From the NCBI GenBank assembly GCA_002269645.1, contig NIVC01000671.1:372001-436000 (forward strand): 64,000 bases of DNA, read 5' to 3'. Of the stretch, positions 34,969 through 47,904 are shown piece after piece. Each line of letters begins with the position of its first letter. The first letter of the stretch is position 1. Source of the stretch: Macrostomum lignano. Lineage: Eukaryota. Below the pieces are notes generated by a model that worked only from the letters and a program-made list of their open reading frames with translations, ran no database searches and was not told the DNA's origin. The position numbers and the translations under genes were made by a program.

Positions 34969-37900
34969 CTGCAATGCCGGGGGGGGGGGCGTTGTACCGT
35001 TGTGGACTTTAAAGTACTTGGTAATTTTTCTTAAATATTGGGTGGTAACTGACTTTTGAATTAGTATTACTACCATAGGGGAATTCTCGGATGGGTATTA
35101 GTACCGTAGGGGAATCCTCGGATGGGTATTAGTACCGTAGGGGAATCCTCGGATGGGTATTAATACAGTAGGGGAATCCTCGGATGGGTATTAATACAGT
35201 AGGGGAATTCTCGGATGGGTATTAGTACCGTAGGGGAATTCTCGGATGGGTACTAGTACCCTAGGGAATTATCAGATGGGTTAGTAACCTAATAGGGGAA
35301 TTCTCGGATGGGTATTACCGTAGTGGAATTTTCGGATGAGTATTAGTACCTAGGGGAATTCTCGGACGGGTATTAGTACCATTAGGGGAATTCTCGGATG
35401 AGTATTAGTACCTAGGGGAATTCTCGGACGGGTATTAGTACCATTAGGGGAATTCTCGGATGAGTATTAGTACCTAGGGGAATTCTCAGATGGGTATCAC
35501 GGACACTGACTAAGCTGCAATGCTGAGAATGTGAAATGCACAGAGAAAAAGATGACATAAACTCTGTACAGTATTGAATAAAAGGTGCAGCCTTTCTATA
35601 CTAGATGCTAATACCCAAATTGAAGCGTCCCATGCATGCGTGGACACAGGTTTCAACTGGACAAGAGAGACAATGCGTCAATTTTTCTCTGCCTTTGATA
35701 GAAAATCGCATTTAGACCCAACCGGGTGGTAATTGGAGTGAAATCCAACACCGATTAGTAGGGAACTCGGTCGGGGATTAAAGAATCGAATCCCACCTCA
35801 CACGCGCGGCAAAGCAAGGGGTAGGCTTATGTATCCCATGCAGGCCACCCACCCCATCTATTAATCCTTTCGAATCCAGCGCGAACTCAGGTACAGCACC
35901 GAGGCGCAAATCAGCCACGCCCAAACATGCGCACATGAGAACACTCAGATTGCATTCACTCTGCTCTTCTTCTCCTCGCCTTGAAGATTAACATTCTCCC
36001 GCTGCATTCAAGCAAGCTATTCGGCTACTGTTAATGTAGGGCGCAGGTGAAAGAGGAAGGGAGAATGGGATTGAAAGGAAAACATAGGGAAATTGGAGAG
36101 CAGAGCAGCATTTTTGCCTGTGGAGAAAAAAATCTCCTAGGGGAATTGTTTTGGGATTAGTGGGGGCTCTCGAGTGCAAAAAGGTGACATTCTGTGGGAA
36201 TTGTAATTGTAGCTTTCCCTAAAGCTTGGAAGACTTTGAAATTTTCAAAAAATATAAAGAATTTGTGGAGGCATGAGTTTCAGGTTCTAGGGGAATTATT
36301 GGATGGGTGTTAAGATTGTAGGGGAAGTATTGGATGGGCATTAAGATTCTAGGGGGAATTATTGGATTGGCATTAGGATTCTAAGGGAATTATTGGATGG
36401 GCATTAGGATTCTAGGGAAATTATTGGATGGGCATTAGGATTCTAGGGAAATTATTGGATTGGCATTAGGATTCTAGGGGAATTATTGGATTGGCATTAA
36501 GATTCTAGGGGGAATTATTGGATTGGCATTAGGATTCTAAGGGAATTATTGGATGGGCATTAGGATTCTAGGGAAATTATTGGATGGGCATTAGGATTCT
36601 AGGGGAATTATTGGATGGGCATTAAAATTATTGGGGAATTATTGGATGGGCATTAGGATTCTAGGGGAATTATTGGATGGGCATTAGGATTCTAGGGGAA
36701 TTATTGGATGGGCATTAGGATTCTAGGGGAATTATTGGATGGGCATTAAAATTATTGGGGAATTATTGGATGGGCATTAAGATTCTTGGGGAATTATTGG
36801 ATGGGCATTAAGATTCTTGGGGAATTATTGGATTGGCATTAGGATTCTAAGGGAATTATTGGATGGGCATTAGAATTCTTGGGGAATTATTGGATTGGCA
36901 TTAAGATTCTTGGGGAATTATTGGATTGGCATTAAAATTCTAGGGGAATTATTGGATGTGTATTAAGATTCTTGGGGAATTCTTTTACGGGTACTAAAAC
37001 CCTTGTGAACTATGTGATGGGTATGATTCTGGAGGAATTCACAGACTATCCCCCAGAGGAGAATTCTAGGATTGATATTAAGAAGCTTGGGAAATTCTCG
37101 TCTGGATAATAAGAATCTGTGGAAATTTCTGAATGCAAGAATCAATGAACCAGTGAATTGCTCTAGCTGGTTAAATGCCTTGATAGGAATTGAGAATTCA
37201 TTAAACGAACCAGTAAGCGCTTTGGCGCCAAGAAAAGTGAAAGCGCTGGCCTCGAATTCCAGGTCCTCGACTCCGATGCCGAGTACGGCGCGGCCCTCCA
37301 GCAGGAAGATGCCAAAGTCGCACGGCTGGTTGCGCCGGAATATCGTGTTGCTCTCCTCGTCGCCGTAGCTGAGAAATATATTTATATTGGACATACTGCA
37401 TTGTAGCTCGTAGCTTGCGCATTTACCTGCTCAATTGAGCTGCTCTCTTGTTTTATGTGACTGACCTTTGCTGTTCATATAATCTCTCTTGATCGTTATC
37501 TCTCATGTTCATAATCTCTCATGTTCATAATCTCTCATGTTCATAATCTCTCATGTTCATAATCTCTCTTGTTCATAATCTCTCTTGTTTATAATCTCTC
37601 ATGTTCATAATCTCTCATGTTCATAATCTCTCTTGTTTATAATCTCTCATGTTCATAATCTCTCTTGGTGATACTCTCTCTCTCTTGTTCATAATCTCTC
37701 ATGTTCATAATCTCTCATGTTCATAATCTCTCTTGTTCATAATCTCTCATGTTCATAATCTCTCATGTTCATAATCTCTCATGTTCATAATCTCTCATGT
37801 TCATAATCTCTCATGTTCATAATCTCTCATGTTCATAATCTCTCATGTTCATAATCTCTCTTGTTTATAATCTCTCATGTTCATAATCTCTCATGTTCAT

Positions 37901-40900
37901 AATCTCTCTTGTTTATAATCTCTCATGTTCATAATCTCTCTTGGTGATACTCTCTCTTGTTTATAATCTCTCATGTTCATAATCTCTCATGTTCATAATC
38001 TCTCATGTTCATAATCTCTCTTGTTTATAATCTCTCATGTTCATAATCTCTCTGGTTCATAATCTCTCTTGTTCATAATTTCTCTTGTTCATAATCTCTC
38101 TTGTTCATAATCTCTCCATTGGTTATTAATTACTCTTGGTCATTAATCTCCTTCTTGGTCCTTAATCTCTTTCTACGTAATTTATCTCTCTTGGTGATCT
38201 CTTGCTATTTAATTATAGCGTAAATAGAAAAGAAAGAACTTGCTTTGACTTGAACAAAGCCAACTCACATGAACATGTGACGCACAAGGATTTTCTCTTC
38301 GAACATTTTCTCCAACACCGGTTCCATAATTACGTTGCGGCCAAACAGGTCGCTATGCACTGCAGATGGGCAAAGCAATACGATTTAATAACTTTAACTG
38401 CTTCCATATCTATGTAGAAAGACTTTCTACTCACGCATAGCGAGGCTCTGGGTGGCGGCCATTCTCAGCTGAACTGGGATTTGCATGCCGGAGGTGCCGC
38501 CAAAGGCCAGCTCCTTCCACAGGCCCTTCAAAGCTCGCGCATTTTGTCGAGTGATTGCGGTGGGATTCTCTGAAATTTTGAATGCGAGAATTGCGGGAAT
38601 TTAGGCAGAAAGGAGATGGCAGAGGGGATGGAGACACGGAGGGAGGAAAATAAGCGCAGGTGGTAGGAGAGCGAAAAGGAGAGAAGACGGGGGGAAGAGG
38701 ACTGGGAGGGGAGCACAGGGGAGGGGAGCACAGGGGAGAAGAGGACCGGGGAGAAGAGGACCGGGGAGAAGAGGATCGGGGAGAAGAGGACCGGGGAGAA
38801 GAGGACCGGGGAGAAGAGGATGGGGAGAAGAGGACCGGGGAGAAGAGGATCGGGGAGAAGAGGATCGGGGAGAAGAGGATCGGGGAAAAGAGGACCGGGG
38901 AAAAGAGGATCGGGGGAGAAGAGGATCTGGGGAAAAGAGGATCGGGGAGAAGAGGATCGGGGAGAAGAGGATCGGGGAAAAGAGGATCGGGGAGAAGAGG
39001 ACCGGGGGAGAAGAGGATCGGGGAGAAGAGGACCGGGGGAGAAGAGGATCGGGGAAAAGAGGATCGGGGAGAAGAGGACCGGGGAAAAGAGGATCGGGGA
39101 GAAGAGGACCGGGGGAGAAGAGGATCGGGGAGAAGAGGATCGGGGAGAAGAGGATCGGGGAGAAGAGGACCGGGGAGAAGAGGATCGGGGAAAAGAGGAT
39201 CGGGGAGAAGTGGACCGGGGAAAAGAGGATCGGGGAGAAGAGGACCGGGGGAGAAGAGGATCGGGGAGAAGAGGATCGGGGAGAAGAGGATCGGGGAGAA
39301 GAGGATCGGGGAGAAGAGGATCGGGGAGAAGAGGATCGGGGAGAAGAGGATCGGGGAGAAGAGGGTCGGGGAGAAGAGGACCGGGGAAAAAGAGGATCGG
39401 GGAGAAGAGGACCGGGGGAGAAGAGGACCGGGAGAAGAGGATCGGGAAGAGAGGGGAGATGAGGATGGGGAGAAGAGGATCGGGGAGAAGAGGACCGGGG
39501 AGAAGAGGATCGGGGAAAAGAGGATCGGGGAGAAGTGGACCGGGGAAAAGAGGATCGGGGAGAAGAGGACCGGGGGAGAAGAGGATCGGGGAGAAGAGGA
39601 TCGGGGAGAAGAGGATCGGGGAGAAGAGGATCGGGGAGAAGAGGATCGGGGAGAAGAGGATCGGGGAGAAGAGGATCGGGGAGAAGAGGACCGGGGAAAA
39701 GAGGATCGGGGAGAAGAGGACCGGGGGAGAAGAGGATCGGGGAGAAGAGGATCGGGGAGAAGAGGATCGGGGAGAAGAGGATCGGGGAGAAGAGGACCGG
39801 GGGAGAAGAGGACCGGGAGAAGAGGATCGGGAAGAGAGGGGAGATGAGGGTAAGAGTGGAAGAGTGGGAGGAAAAGAGCAGATGGGGAAAAGAGAAAGAA
39901 AAGGCAGATGAGTAGGAGCCAGAAAGGTATTGAGTACCGGGAATATCAGTCTCGTCCTCAATCTCCTGCTGAATAATCTCTTCAAGAATGTCCTCAAGCG
40001 TCACCAGGCCGACCGTGACCTCGTAAGGATCCTTCTCGTTGCCTTCCTCTTCGCCAACGTGATGCTTCACAATAGCCAGGTGAATCCTGTTGCTAAGGAA
40101 CAGCTTCAGCGCATTGTCCAGCGTGTCTGTATCGTACACAATCTGCAGCTGGCGGTTGAAATACTCGCAGATCAGATCAGCCCGCATTGGCGTGTCCCGG
40201 TTAACAATAGTGAGATCTTTGAAATTCAAAATGTTAATAATGTTGTGGCGCTCCTTCTCATAGATGGGGATCCGGGTGTAGCCGGTCTCGCGGATCTGGT
40301 CGATAGTGAAGGAGTCGATGAGGGTCTCAGCCGGCAGCATGTACACATCGCTGAGGCCGCGCATAACTTCGCCAATAGTTTTATTTTGAAGCGAAAGCGC
40401 GCCCAGGATTATATTGGCCTCGGTGCGCTCCAGGCCCTGCGCGGCTATGAACTCTTTGAGCTTGTTTCGGTCGAACACCTGGGGAGATGGGCAGATTGTT
40501 CGGGTCAGTGTGGGATATTTCTAGCCAAAACACCTGTGATCCCAATAGGATATTTTCTGAAACACCTGTGATCTCAATGGGATATTTTCTATTAAAGCAC
40601 CTGTGATCCCAATGGGATATTTTCTATTAAAGCACCTGTGATCCCAATGGGATATTTTCTATTAAAGCACCTGTAATTCAATGGGATATTTTCTATTAAA
40701 GCACCTGTAATTCAATGGGATATTTTCTATTAAAGCACCTGTGATCCCAATGAGATATTTTCTATTAAAGCACCTGTGATCTCAATGGGATATTTTCTAT
40801 TAAAGCACCTACCTGTAATTCAATGGGATATTTTCTATTAAAGCACCTACCTGTAATTCAATGGGATATTTTCTATTAAAGCACCTACCTGTAATTCAAT

Positions 40901-43900
40901 GGGATATTTTCTATTAAAGCACCTACCTGTAATTCAATGGGATATTTTCTATTAAAGCACCTACCTGTAATTCAATGGGATATTTTCTATTAAAGCACCT
41001 GTGATCTCAATGGGATATTTTCTATTAAAGCACCTACCTGTAATTCAATGGGATATTTTCTATTAAAGCACCTACCTGTAATTCAATGGGATATTTCCTA
41101 TTAAAGCACCTACCTGTAATTCAATGGGATATTTTCTATTAAAGCACCTACCTGTAATTCAATGGGATATTTTCTATTAAAGCACCTACCTGTAATTCAA
41201 TGGGATATTTTCTATTAAAGCACCTGCGATCCCAATGGGATATTTTCTATTAAAGCACCTGTGATCCAAATGGGAATATTTTATACCGAGACACCTGTGA
41301 TCCCAATGGGAATATTTTATAACAAGATACATGTGATCCCAATAGGATATTTCCTACTGAAACACATTGCGAATATGGAAATAGACTCTAGTAAACAGTT
41401 AATATTGACCATAACACACCTGACGAAACTCTTCGCCCAGCACTTTGTCCAGCACAAAGCTGAGCGGATAGCTAAGCGGAGAGGTGAGCGCCATGAAGAA
41501 CATTGTAATAGGCATAGTGCTGGCCCCCACAGCCAGGCCGTGCCTCGAGCACAATGCCTGAGGTATAATCTCGCCAAAGATGACAATGCCAATAGTGGCC
41601 GAGATCACAGCATAGATGCCGTCACCGATTAATGCGTCCAGCAGCAGAGACAGGGTGGTATTAACCATAACATTGCCCAGCAACAGGCTGCAGAGTAGCC
41701 AGTTGCCCTTCTTTCGCACCGGTATGATCCGCTTTGCGTAGGACTTCTCTGAGGCCGTCCCGGCCCGGCAGATGATCTTCAGCTCGGCAATGTCCAGCGC
41801 CATCAGGCCCAGGTTCAGGCCAGAGAATAGGCCTATGGTAAGTCAGGGACCGGATCAGTGAGTCAGGGACCAGATCAGTGAGTCAGGAAACAGATCAGTG
41901 AGTCAGGGAACAGATCAGTGAGTCAGGGACCAGATCAGTGAGTCAGGGACCAGATCAGTGAGTCAGGGACCAGATCAGTGAGTCAGGGAACAGATCAGTG
42001 AGTCAGGGACCAGATCAGTGAGTCAGGGAACAGATCAGTGAGTCAGGGAACAGATCAGTGAGTCAGGGAACAGACCAATGAGACAGGGATCAGATCAGTG
42101 AGTCAGGGAACAGATCAGTGAGTCAGGGAACAGATCAGTGAGTCAGGGAACAGATCAGCGAGTCAGGGACCAGATCAGTGAGTCAGGGACCAGATCAGTG
42201 AGTCAGGGAACAGATCAGTATGAGTCAGGGACCAGATCAGTGAGACAGGGACCATATCAGTGAGTCAGGGACCAGATCAGTGAGTCAGGGAACAGATCAG
42301 AGGGTCAGGGAACAGATCAGTATGAGTCAGGGACCAGATCAGTGAGACAGGGACCAGATCAATGAGTCAGGGACCAGATTAATGAGACAGGGACCAGATC
42401 AGTGAGTCAGGGAACATATCAGTATGAGTCAGGGACCAGATCAGAGTCAGATTGTGTCAGCATGTTAGACTTGAGAAAGGTGAAGACAGGAGTAAGACAT
42501 TTTAGGCTGGAAGATATGCATAACAAGAACCTGATTTAACACAAAATTCTCTCACAGGGTGAATGCATCTATCCAGCAGAACTGACAGGTGCCAATTTGA
42601 ATTAGGATTTGTCAATACTGAAGCTATATTTCAGAATCATGACAGACAGGAAACGCAACTCAAGACAGTCTCAAAAGTCTCAAGACAGTCAGCATTTCCT
42701 ATCCTGACGATTTCTCAAACTCTCATTTGGAGTCTCAGGACAGAACTGACAGCGCTTGACTTAGAAATGGTTGAGTGAACAACTAGAACTTTAAAATTCT
42801 TTTCTGACACTTCAGCAGGCTCAAAATGACACTATATGGGTATGATACTGGTATGAGCATATGCATTAATATGTGAGTTTCCTAGTTCACACCCAATGAA
42901 TGATAATTGGACGCTAACGCATTCCAGCTCATATCGATGGGAAATGCAGTGAGATTCCAGCTCATCTCAATGGAAGATGTAGTGAGATTCCAGCTCATCT
43001 CAAGGGAAGATGCAGTGAGATTCCAGCTCATCTCAAGGGAAGATGCAGTGAGATTCCAGATCATCTCAATGGAAGATGCAGTGAAAATCCAGATCATCTC
43101 AATGGAAGATGCAGTGAAATTCCAGCTCATCTCAATGGAAGATGCAGTGAAATTCCAGATCATCTCAAGGGAAGATGCAGTGAGATTCCAGCTCATCTCA
43201 AGGGAAGATGCAGTGAGATTCCAGATAATCTCAATGGAAGATGAAGTGAGATTCCAGATCATCTTAATGGAAGATGCGGTGAGATTCCAGATCATCTCAA
43301 TGGAAGATGGAGTGAGATTCCAGATCATCTCAATGGAAGATGAAGTGAGATTCCAGATCATCTTAATGGAAGATGCGGTGAGATTCCAGATCATCTCAAT
43401 GGAAGATGGAGTGAGATTCCAGATCATCTCAATGGAAGATGCAGTGAAATTCCAGATCATCTCAATGGAAGATGCGGTGAGATTCCAGATCATCTCAATG
43501 GAAGATGAAGTGAGATTCCAGATCATCTCAATGGAAGATGCAGTGAAATTCCAGATCATCTCAATGGAAGATGAAGTGAGATTCCAGATCATCTCAATGG
43601 AAGATGGAGTGAGATTCCAGATCATCTCAATGGAAGATGTAGTGAAATTCCAGATCATCTCAATGGAAGATGCAGTGAGATTCCAGATCATCTCAATGGA
43701 AGATGCAGTGAGATTCCAGATCATCTCAATGGAAGATGGAGTGAGATTCCAGATCATCTCAATGGAAGATGCAGCGAGATTCCAGATCATCTCAATGGAA
43801 GATGCAGTGAAATTCCAGATCATCTCAATGGAAGATGAAGTGAGATTTCAGATCATCTCAATGGAAGATGCGGTGAAATTCCAGCTCATCTCAATGGAAG

Positions 43901-44692
43901 ATGAAGTGAGATTCCAGATCATCTCAATGGAAGATGGAGTGAGATTCCAGATCATCTCAATGGAAGATGCAGTGAAATTCCAGCTGATGCTGCTGATCTC
44001 AATTCCAGCTCATTACAGAGCTACTCAATCGATTCACGCTAACAAGATGGCTAAGCACATCCTGCAGCTGTAAACGTTAAAAAAATTGAAATTTAACGCA
44101 AATTCAAAGGCAGCAAAGCCTCACCAGACAGCAGAAACAGGCCAATGATGAACAGAATAGAGACCCAGAGCGGTATGATAGGCCGGGTTACGTACACCCT
44201 CAGCTCAGGCCCGTAGTACACCCAGGCTTCGGTACTATCGCCCCGTCTAGCCTTGGCGCACAGATACAGGTGGGAGGTAACTGACGAGCTGACTGGCACG
44301 GAGACCGTGCTCACAGCAATATTACCATCCTTTGCAACAATAGGAAATTTTATAGCCATCTTGCTGTCTTGACAGTCGGCCAGGGAGCCATTGAGCTCGC
44401 GCTCCGTGAAGCCGAGCAGCGACAAGTTGAATAGGTCTCGGCCGAATAGCTGGAATTCGTAGATCTTGCCAACCAGAATCTCCTGGTTCGCCCCCTGCCA
44501 GCCCGGCTTGTTGGATCCGGCCAGCGGTCGGACAGTCAGGCCGAACACAATTGGTTGGGCCAGGCTGGCCGAGTCAACAGTCTGAGCATTGGTTGGTGGC
44601 AGCGCCAGCAGAACAGCTAGTGTTGGGATTAGCAAGCAGCAGGCGGACTGCAGAGACCAATGTTGGATGCCTAAACTAACGTCGGCACCCAT
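34421..44692 (-). CDS. CNNM: CNNM-family metal (Mg2+) transporter (DUF21-CBS pair-CNBH), spliced, about 817 aa
   Basis: Minus-strand exons 44692-44125, 41832-41420, 40478-39938, 38569-38435, 38359-38269, 37368-37211 and 34968-34421 join in phase (2454 nt). Motifs [77 protein letters not shown]. Start codon and last exon end are less certain. Confidence 0.93.
35075..35495. repeat. about 31-bp minisatellite (GGGAATTCTCGGATGGGTATTAGTACCGTAG)
   Basis: About 13 units. Confidence 0.9.
36285..36975. repeat. 31-bp minisatellite (GGGGAATTATTGGATGGGCATTAGGATTCTA)
   Basis: About 22 units; related to the 35075 array. Confidence 0.92.
37211..37368 (-). CDS. CNNM: CNNM exon (CNBH domain)
   Basis: atttctcag|CTACGG...CTTACTG|gttcgt; [17 protein letters not shown]...[10 protein letters not shown]. 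Confidence 0.88.
37500..38115. repeat. 16/18-bp minisatellite (TCTCATGTTCATAATC)
   Basis: More than 30 units. Confidence 0.92.
38269..38359 (-). CDS. CNNM: CNNM small exon
   Basis: catctgcag|TGCATA...TTCAT|gtgagt; phase 1 to 2, matching both neighbours. Confidence 0.78.
38435..38569 (-). CDS. CNNM: CNNM exon
   Basis: aatttcag|AGAATC...GCTATGC|gtgagt; 135 nt; [13 protein letters not shown]. Confidence 0.82.
38700..39845. repeat. 15/16-bp purine-rich minisatellite (GGGGAGAAGAGGATC)
   Basis: About 70 units; source of the GEKRI/RRGSG/GEEDR pseudo-ORFs. Confidence 0.95.
39938..40478 (-). CDS. CNNM: CNNM exon (CBS pair)
   Basis: ctccccag|GTGTTC...ATTCCCG|gtactc. Confidence 0.93.
40530..41350. 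repeat. 35/39-bp minisatellite (GTGATCCCAATGGGATATTTTCTATTAAAGCACCT)
   Basis: About 21 units. Confidence 0.92.
41420..41832 (-). CDS. CNNM: CNNM exon (DUF21)
   Basis: accatag|GCCTAT...CGTCAG|gtgtgt. Confidence 0.93.
41841..42445. repeat. 20-bp minisatellite (AGTCAGGGAACAGATCAGTG)
   Basis: About 30 units abutting the CNNM acceptor. Confidence 0.93.
42915..43985. repeat. 33-bp minisatellite (ATTCCAGATCATCTCAATGGAAGATGCAGTGAG)
   Basis: About 32 units; 11-codon period explains the long open frames on both strands. Confidence 0.95.
44125..44692 (-). CDS. CNNM: CNNM exon 1 (signal peptide, ectodomain, TM1)
   Basis: Hydrophobic N-terminus; [20 protein letters not shown]|gtgagg. Confidence 0.85.
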
Positions 44693-44960
44693 TAAATTGC
44701 ATGGGAAAGTTTAATTAAAAGTGAAGTAGTATCACCAATATGCACTAAGAGCCATGCCATGTTTGAGAAGGCTTTCAAACATAAAAAAGTGTCATGACAA
44801 ACATAAAAGCATCATTTCAAAAATGAAAAAAGCATTATGTACATTCATTGGGGAATTGCTAGGATGTCAAGGCCTAGAGGTTAGAAGCTACACATAGTTT
44901 ATTTAAAAAGTATATTACATACTTTACTTCCTCTTCAATAGTCACAAATGGTCACTAATC

Positions 44961-45336
44961 TACAAGGGGTGTCCCAAAGTTCCCAGAGTGTTTGATCTAG
45001 CTCCTAAGTACCATGACCATTTTTTGTTTAAAAAAACAATTTTATGGTTTCATCCATAGATGTTTCCACATCTTTCTGATAAGCTCAAAGTTAACTTTTG
45101 CAAAAAAATTGATGATGGAAAAGGACACTACAGACATTTGAGGTTGTGTAACACTAATATTGACCTTCCTTTATATTTCCTAGTGTAACTCCTAACTGAA
45201 ACTAGATAAAAAGGAAATTTAAATGACAAGTTTTTTGTTGAAAACTTATCCTTAGTTTGACACAAAACATAAAAATTGGGCAAGGTACTAAGGAGCTAGA
45301 GCAAACATTTTGGGAACTTTAGGGACACCCCTTGTA
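44961..45336. mobile_element. Tc1/mariner-type MITE with about 50-bp TIRs and TA ends
   Basis: TACAAGGGGTGTCCC-AAAGTTCCCA...AGTACC at the left end; near-identical inverted copy ending GGGACACCCCTTGTA at 45336. Confidence 0.8.
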
Positions 45337-45994
45337 GCAAGCTATTTATTACATTAGCTCTACCTAGGCTGAGCTAATGGTCTTCAACAGTGCAATCAAT
45401 CTTATAGCCTTCAATCTCAATCAATCTTATGCAAGGCTTCTTGATTAATAATATTGATTAATAAAAGTTCTTATTTAGTTAAACACTAGCCCATTCTATT
45501 AGACCTTAAATATAGTCAATCATTGCTAGGAAGAATACCTAGAAGAGACTAGCATTTATAGCCACTACTTTGTTTAGGAATAAGCATATTATTACATTAA
45601 TGGCAATGAGGCCATTAACTATTGCTAACCAAACTAATATAACAAATATTACTCATCTTGATTATTTTATTCTAGGTAAGAAGATAGCCAAAGCCATTGT
45701 CTATCATAATTTATATATATTTATAATAAAGAATAGGCCATCTTTGGCTATAAAACACTATTGCCCTTTCCTAACAATTTTTCTCATTAGCAATAGCCAT
45801 TTATCAATGCTAATGCCTTTATAATACGTTGGTATTTAAATTCTAAGGCTAATATGGTTTAAACCTAGTTTAGAAACTAAATGGTTTAGACCTTGGCTGC
45901 AATAGGAGTATTTAATAACTTAGACTATGCCTAGGTATTGTATCTCCTTTATTTCTTAAAACATTCAAGTGTTTGCCTAAAGCTACTATATGTA

Positions 45995-46470
45995 GCATCA
46001 TCCACCCAGATATTGTAAAAGCATCCACCCAGATATTGTGGAAGCATCCCTTAGATAGCAAGCATCCTGCAGATAGCAAGCATCCTGCAGATAGCAAGCA
46101 CCCCGCAGATATTGTGGAAGCATCCCCCAGATAGCAAGCATCCCATCAAATAGCAAGCATCCACCCAGATATGATAACAAGCATCTACCTAGATAGCAAG
46201 CATCCTGCAGATAGCAAGCATCCTGCAGATAGCAAGCACCCCCCAGATATTATAGAAGCATCCACCCAGATAGCAAGCATCCTGCAGATAGCAAGCACCC
46301 TGCAGATATTGTGGAAACATCTACCTAGATAGCAAGCATCCACCCAGATAATAAACATCCTCCAGATAGCAAGCATCCCCCGAATATTGTAGAAGCATCT
46401 ACCTAGATAGCAAGCACCCCGCAGATATTGTGGAAGCATCCACCCAGATAGCAAGCATCTTGCAGAAAGC
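45995..46470. repeat. 18-bp-based compound minisatellite (AGATAGCAAGCATCCTGC)
   Basis: Interspersed with AGATATTGTGGAAGCATCC variants. Confidence 0.88.
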
Positions 46471-46529
46471 AAAAATCCCTAAATAGCAAGTATCCCTGGA
46501 CCCTGGATACAAAGAATCTCATACACGTA

Positions 46530-46955
46530 GCCAAGCTTATCAAGCGCAGTAATCCTTTGTCTGCCAAGTGAAATAATAGTTGGTTTATCAAGCGCAGTAA
46601 TTCTTGGTTTATCAAGTGCAGAAATCCTTGGTTTATCAAGCGCAGTAATCCTTGGTTTATCAAGCACAATAATCCTAGGTTTATCAAGTGCAATAATCAT
46701 TGGCTTATTAAGTGCAATAGTCCTTGGCTTATCAAGCGCAATAATCCTTGGCTTATCAAGTGCAGTAATCCTTATTTTATCAAGCACAGTAATCCTTGGT
46801 TTATTAAGTGCAAAATCCTTGGCTTATCAAGTGCAATAATCCTTGGTTTAGCAAGTGCAGTCATCCTTACTTTATCAAGCGCAGTAATCCTTGGTTTATT
46901 AAGTGCAATAATCCTGGCTTATCAAGTGCAATAATCCTTGGTTTAGCAAGGGCTA
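46530..46955. repeat. 24-bp minisatellite (TTATCAAGCGCAGTAATCCTTGGT)
   Basis: About 17 diverged units; many differences are GCG to GTG/GCA. Confidence 0.88.
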
Positions 46956-47469
46956 TAATCTAGGTCTTTTTAATTAGTTCTTTAATAAAAGCTTTCAATA
47001 AAAAAAATTATGCTACTTTTATTTTTTTATACACTACTAAGATTCAAACCTAGGTTGCTGTATACTGCATTAGCAGTCAAGTGTGTTCATATCTAGGCTA
47101 GCTCTCACTGAATTTGTAAGTGAATATGTAGCACTTATAATTCAACACTCACACCAAGTCAATTGAGTAAAAGTTACATGAAGCAGTTATGACATAATCA
47201 ATTTATAGGCAAGTCAGTACTAGTCTCTATTAAAGTTAGCAATGTGGTTACGCAATATAAATCAAGTATTATGCTATGCTTCCACACTACGTTTTCAATA
47301 CTGTGACGCAATTCAATTCAGTGTCAAAATTTAGCCAGTACATAGACTGAATAAATAAAAAGCCTATTGTGATGTAATCTATTTTAGAATCAGAATTCAA
47401 CTAGTCAGTTTTTTCTCTAGCATTCTTACAATGCATTTCAAGTGGAAAGAGCTGCTTGACCTTTGCAAA

Positions 47470-47670
47470 AAAGCATGTTTTTTTATATTTAATCCCTTTA
47501 ACATTGAGTAATTTCTTAGCCACAATGCATGTACTGTCACAGAAAAATTTCTGATTGAACAGTGCAAGTGCAAGCAAAATCGGTTGAGCTTTTTCTAGAA
47601 TTGATCACACACATACCGACAGACCATTTTTAGTATATTGGACTAGCCATTTAGCCCCCCCCCCGGGTGG
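47470..47670. mobile_element. possible non-autonomous Helitron/HINE-like end fragment
   Basis: AAAATCGGTT...ACAGAC...TTAGTATATT motif order shared with 50200-50330; family assignment from memory only. Confidence 0.3.
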
Positions 47671-47904
47671 CTTCTTAGCAGTTTAGCGCTTGTCTATAAG
47701 CAGTTTTGCACAGTCGCTGAGCAAATCTCACTAATCTCCGAGAAGTTCTGCAGTAGCAAATCTAAGCAGTTGTACACCAATTTTACTGAGACTAAAAAGT
47801 TCTAGAAAGTTACATTTCTTAATGTTTGAAACTTTGCAACGTCAATTCATTTATAGTTCTTTTATGATTATTCGTTATTTTCAAATCCTCACCAGATTAG
47901 CACT

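Noticed and set aside
38528-39997. RGSG/GEKRI/SSPR repeat ORFs and the 625-aa CBS-plus-repeat ORF
   Set aside because: Read-through from the CBS exon into an intronic 15-bp array; a good donor at 39937 and the in-phase downstream exon explain the gene.
42882-44073. 313-aa and 388-aa ORFs on opposite strands with an 11-aa period
   Set aside because: The 33-bp unit is a multiple of 3 and lacks stops; it lies inside a CNNM intron, and variants show no synonymous bias that I could see.
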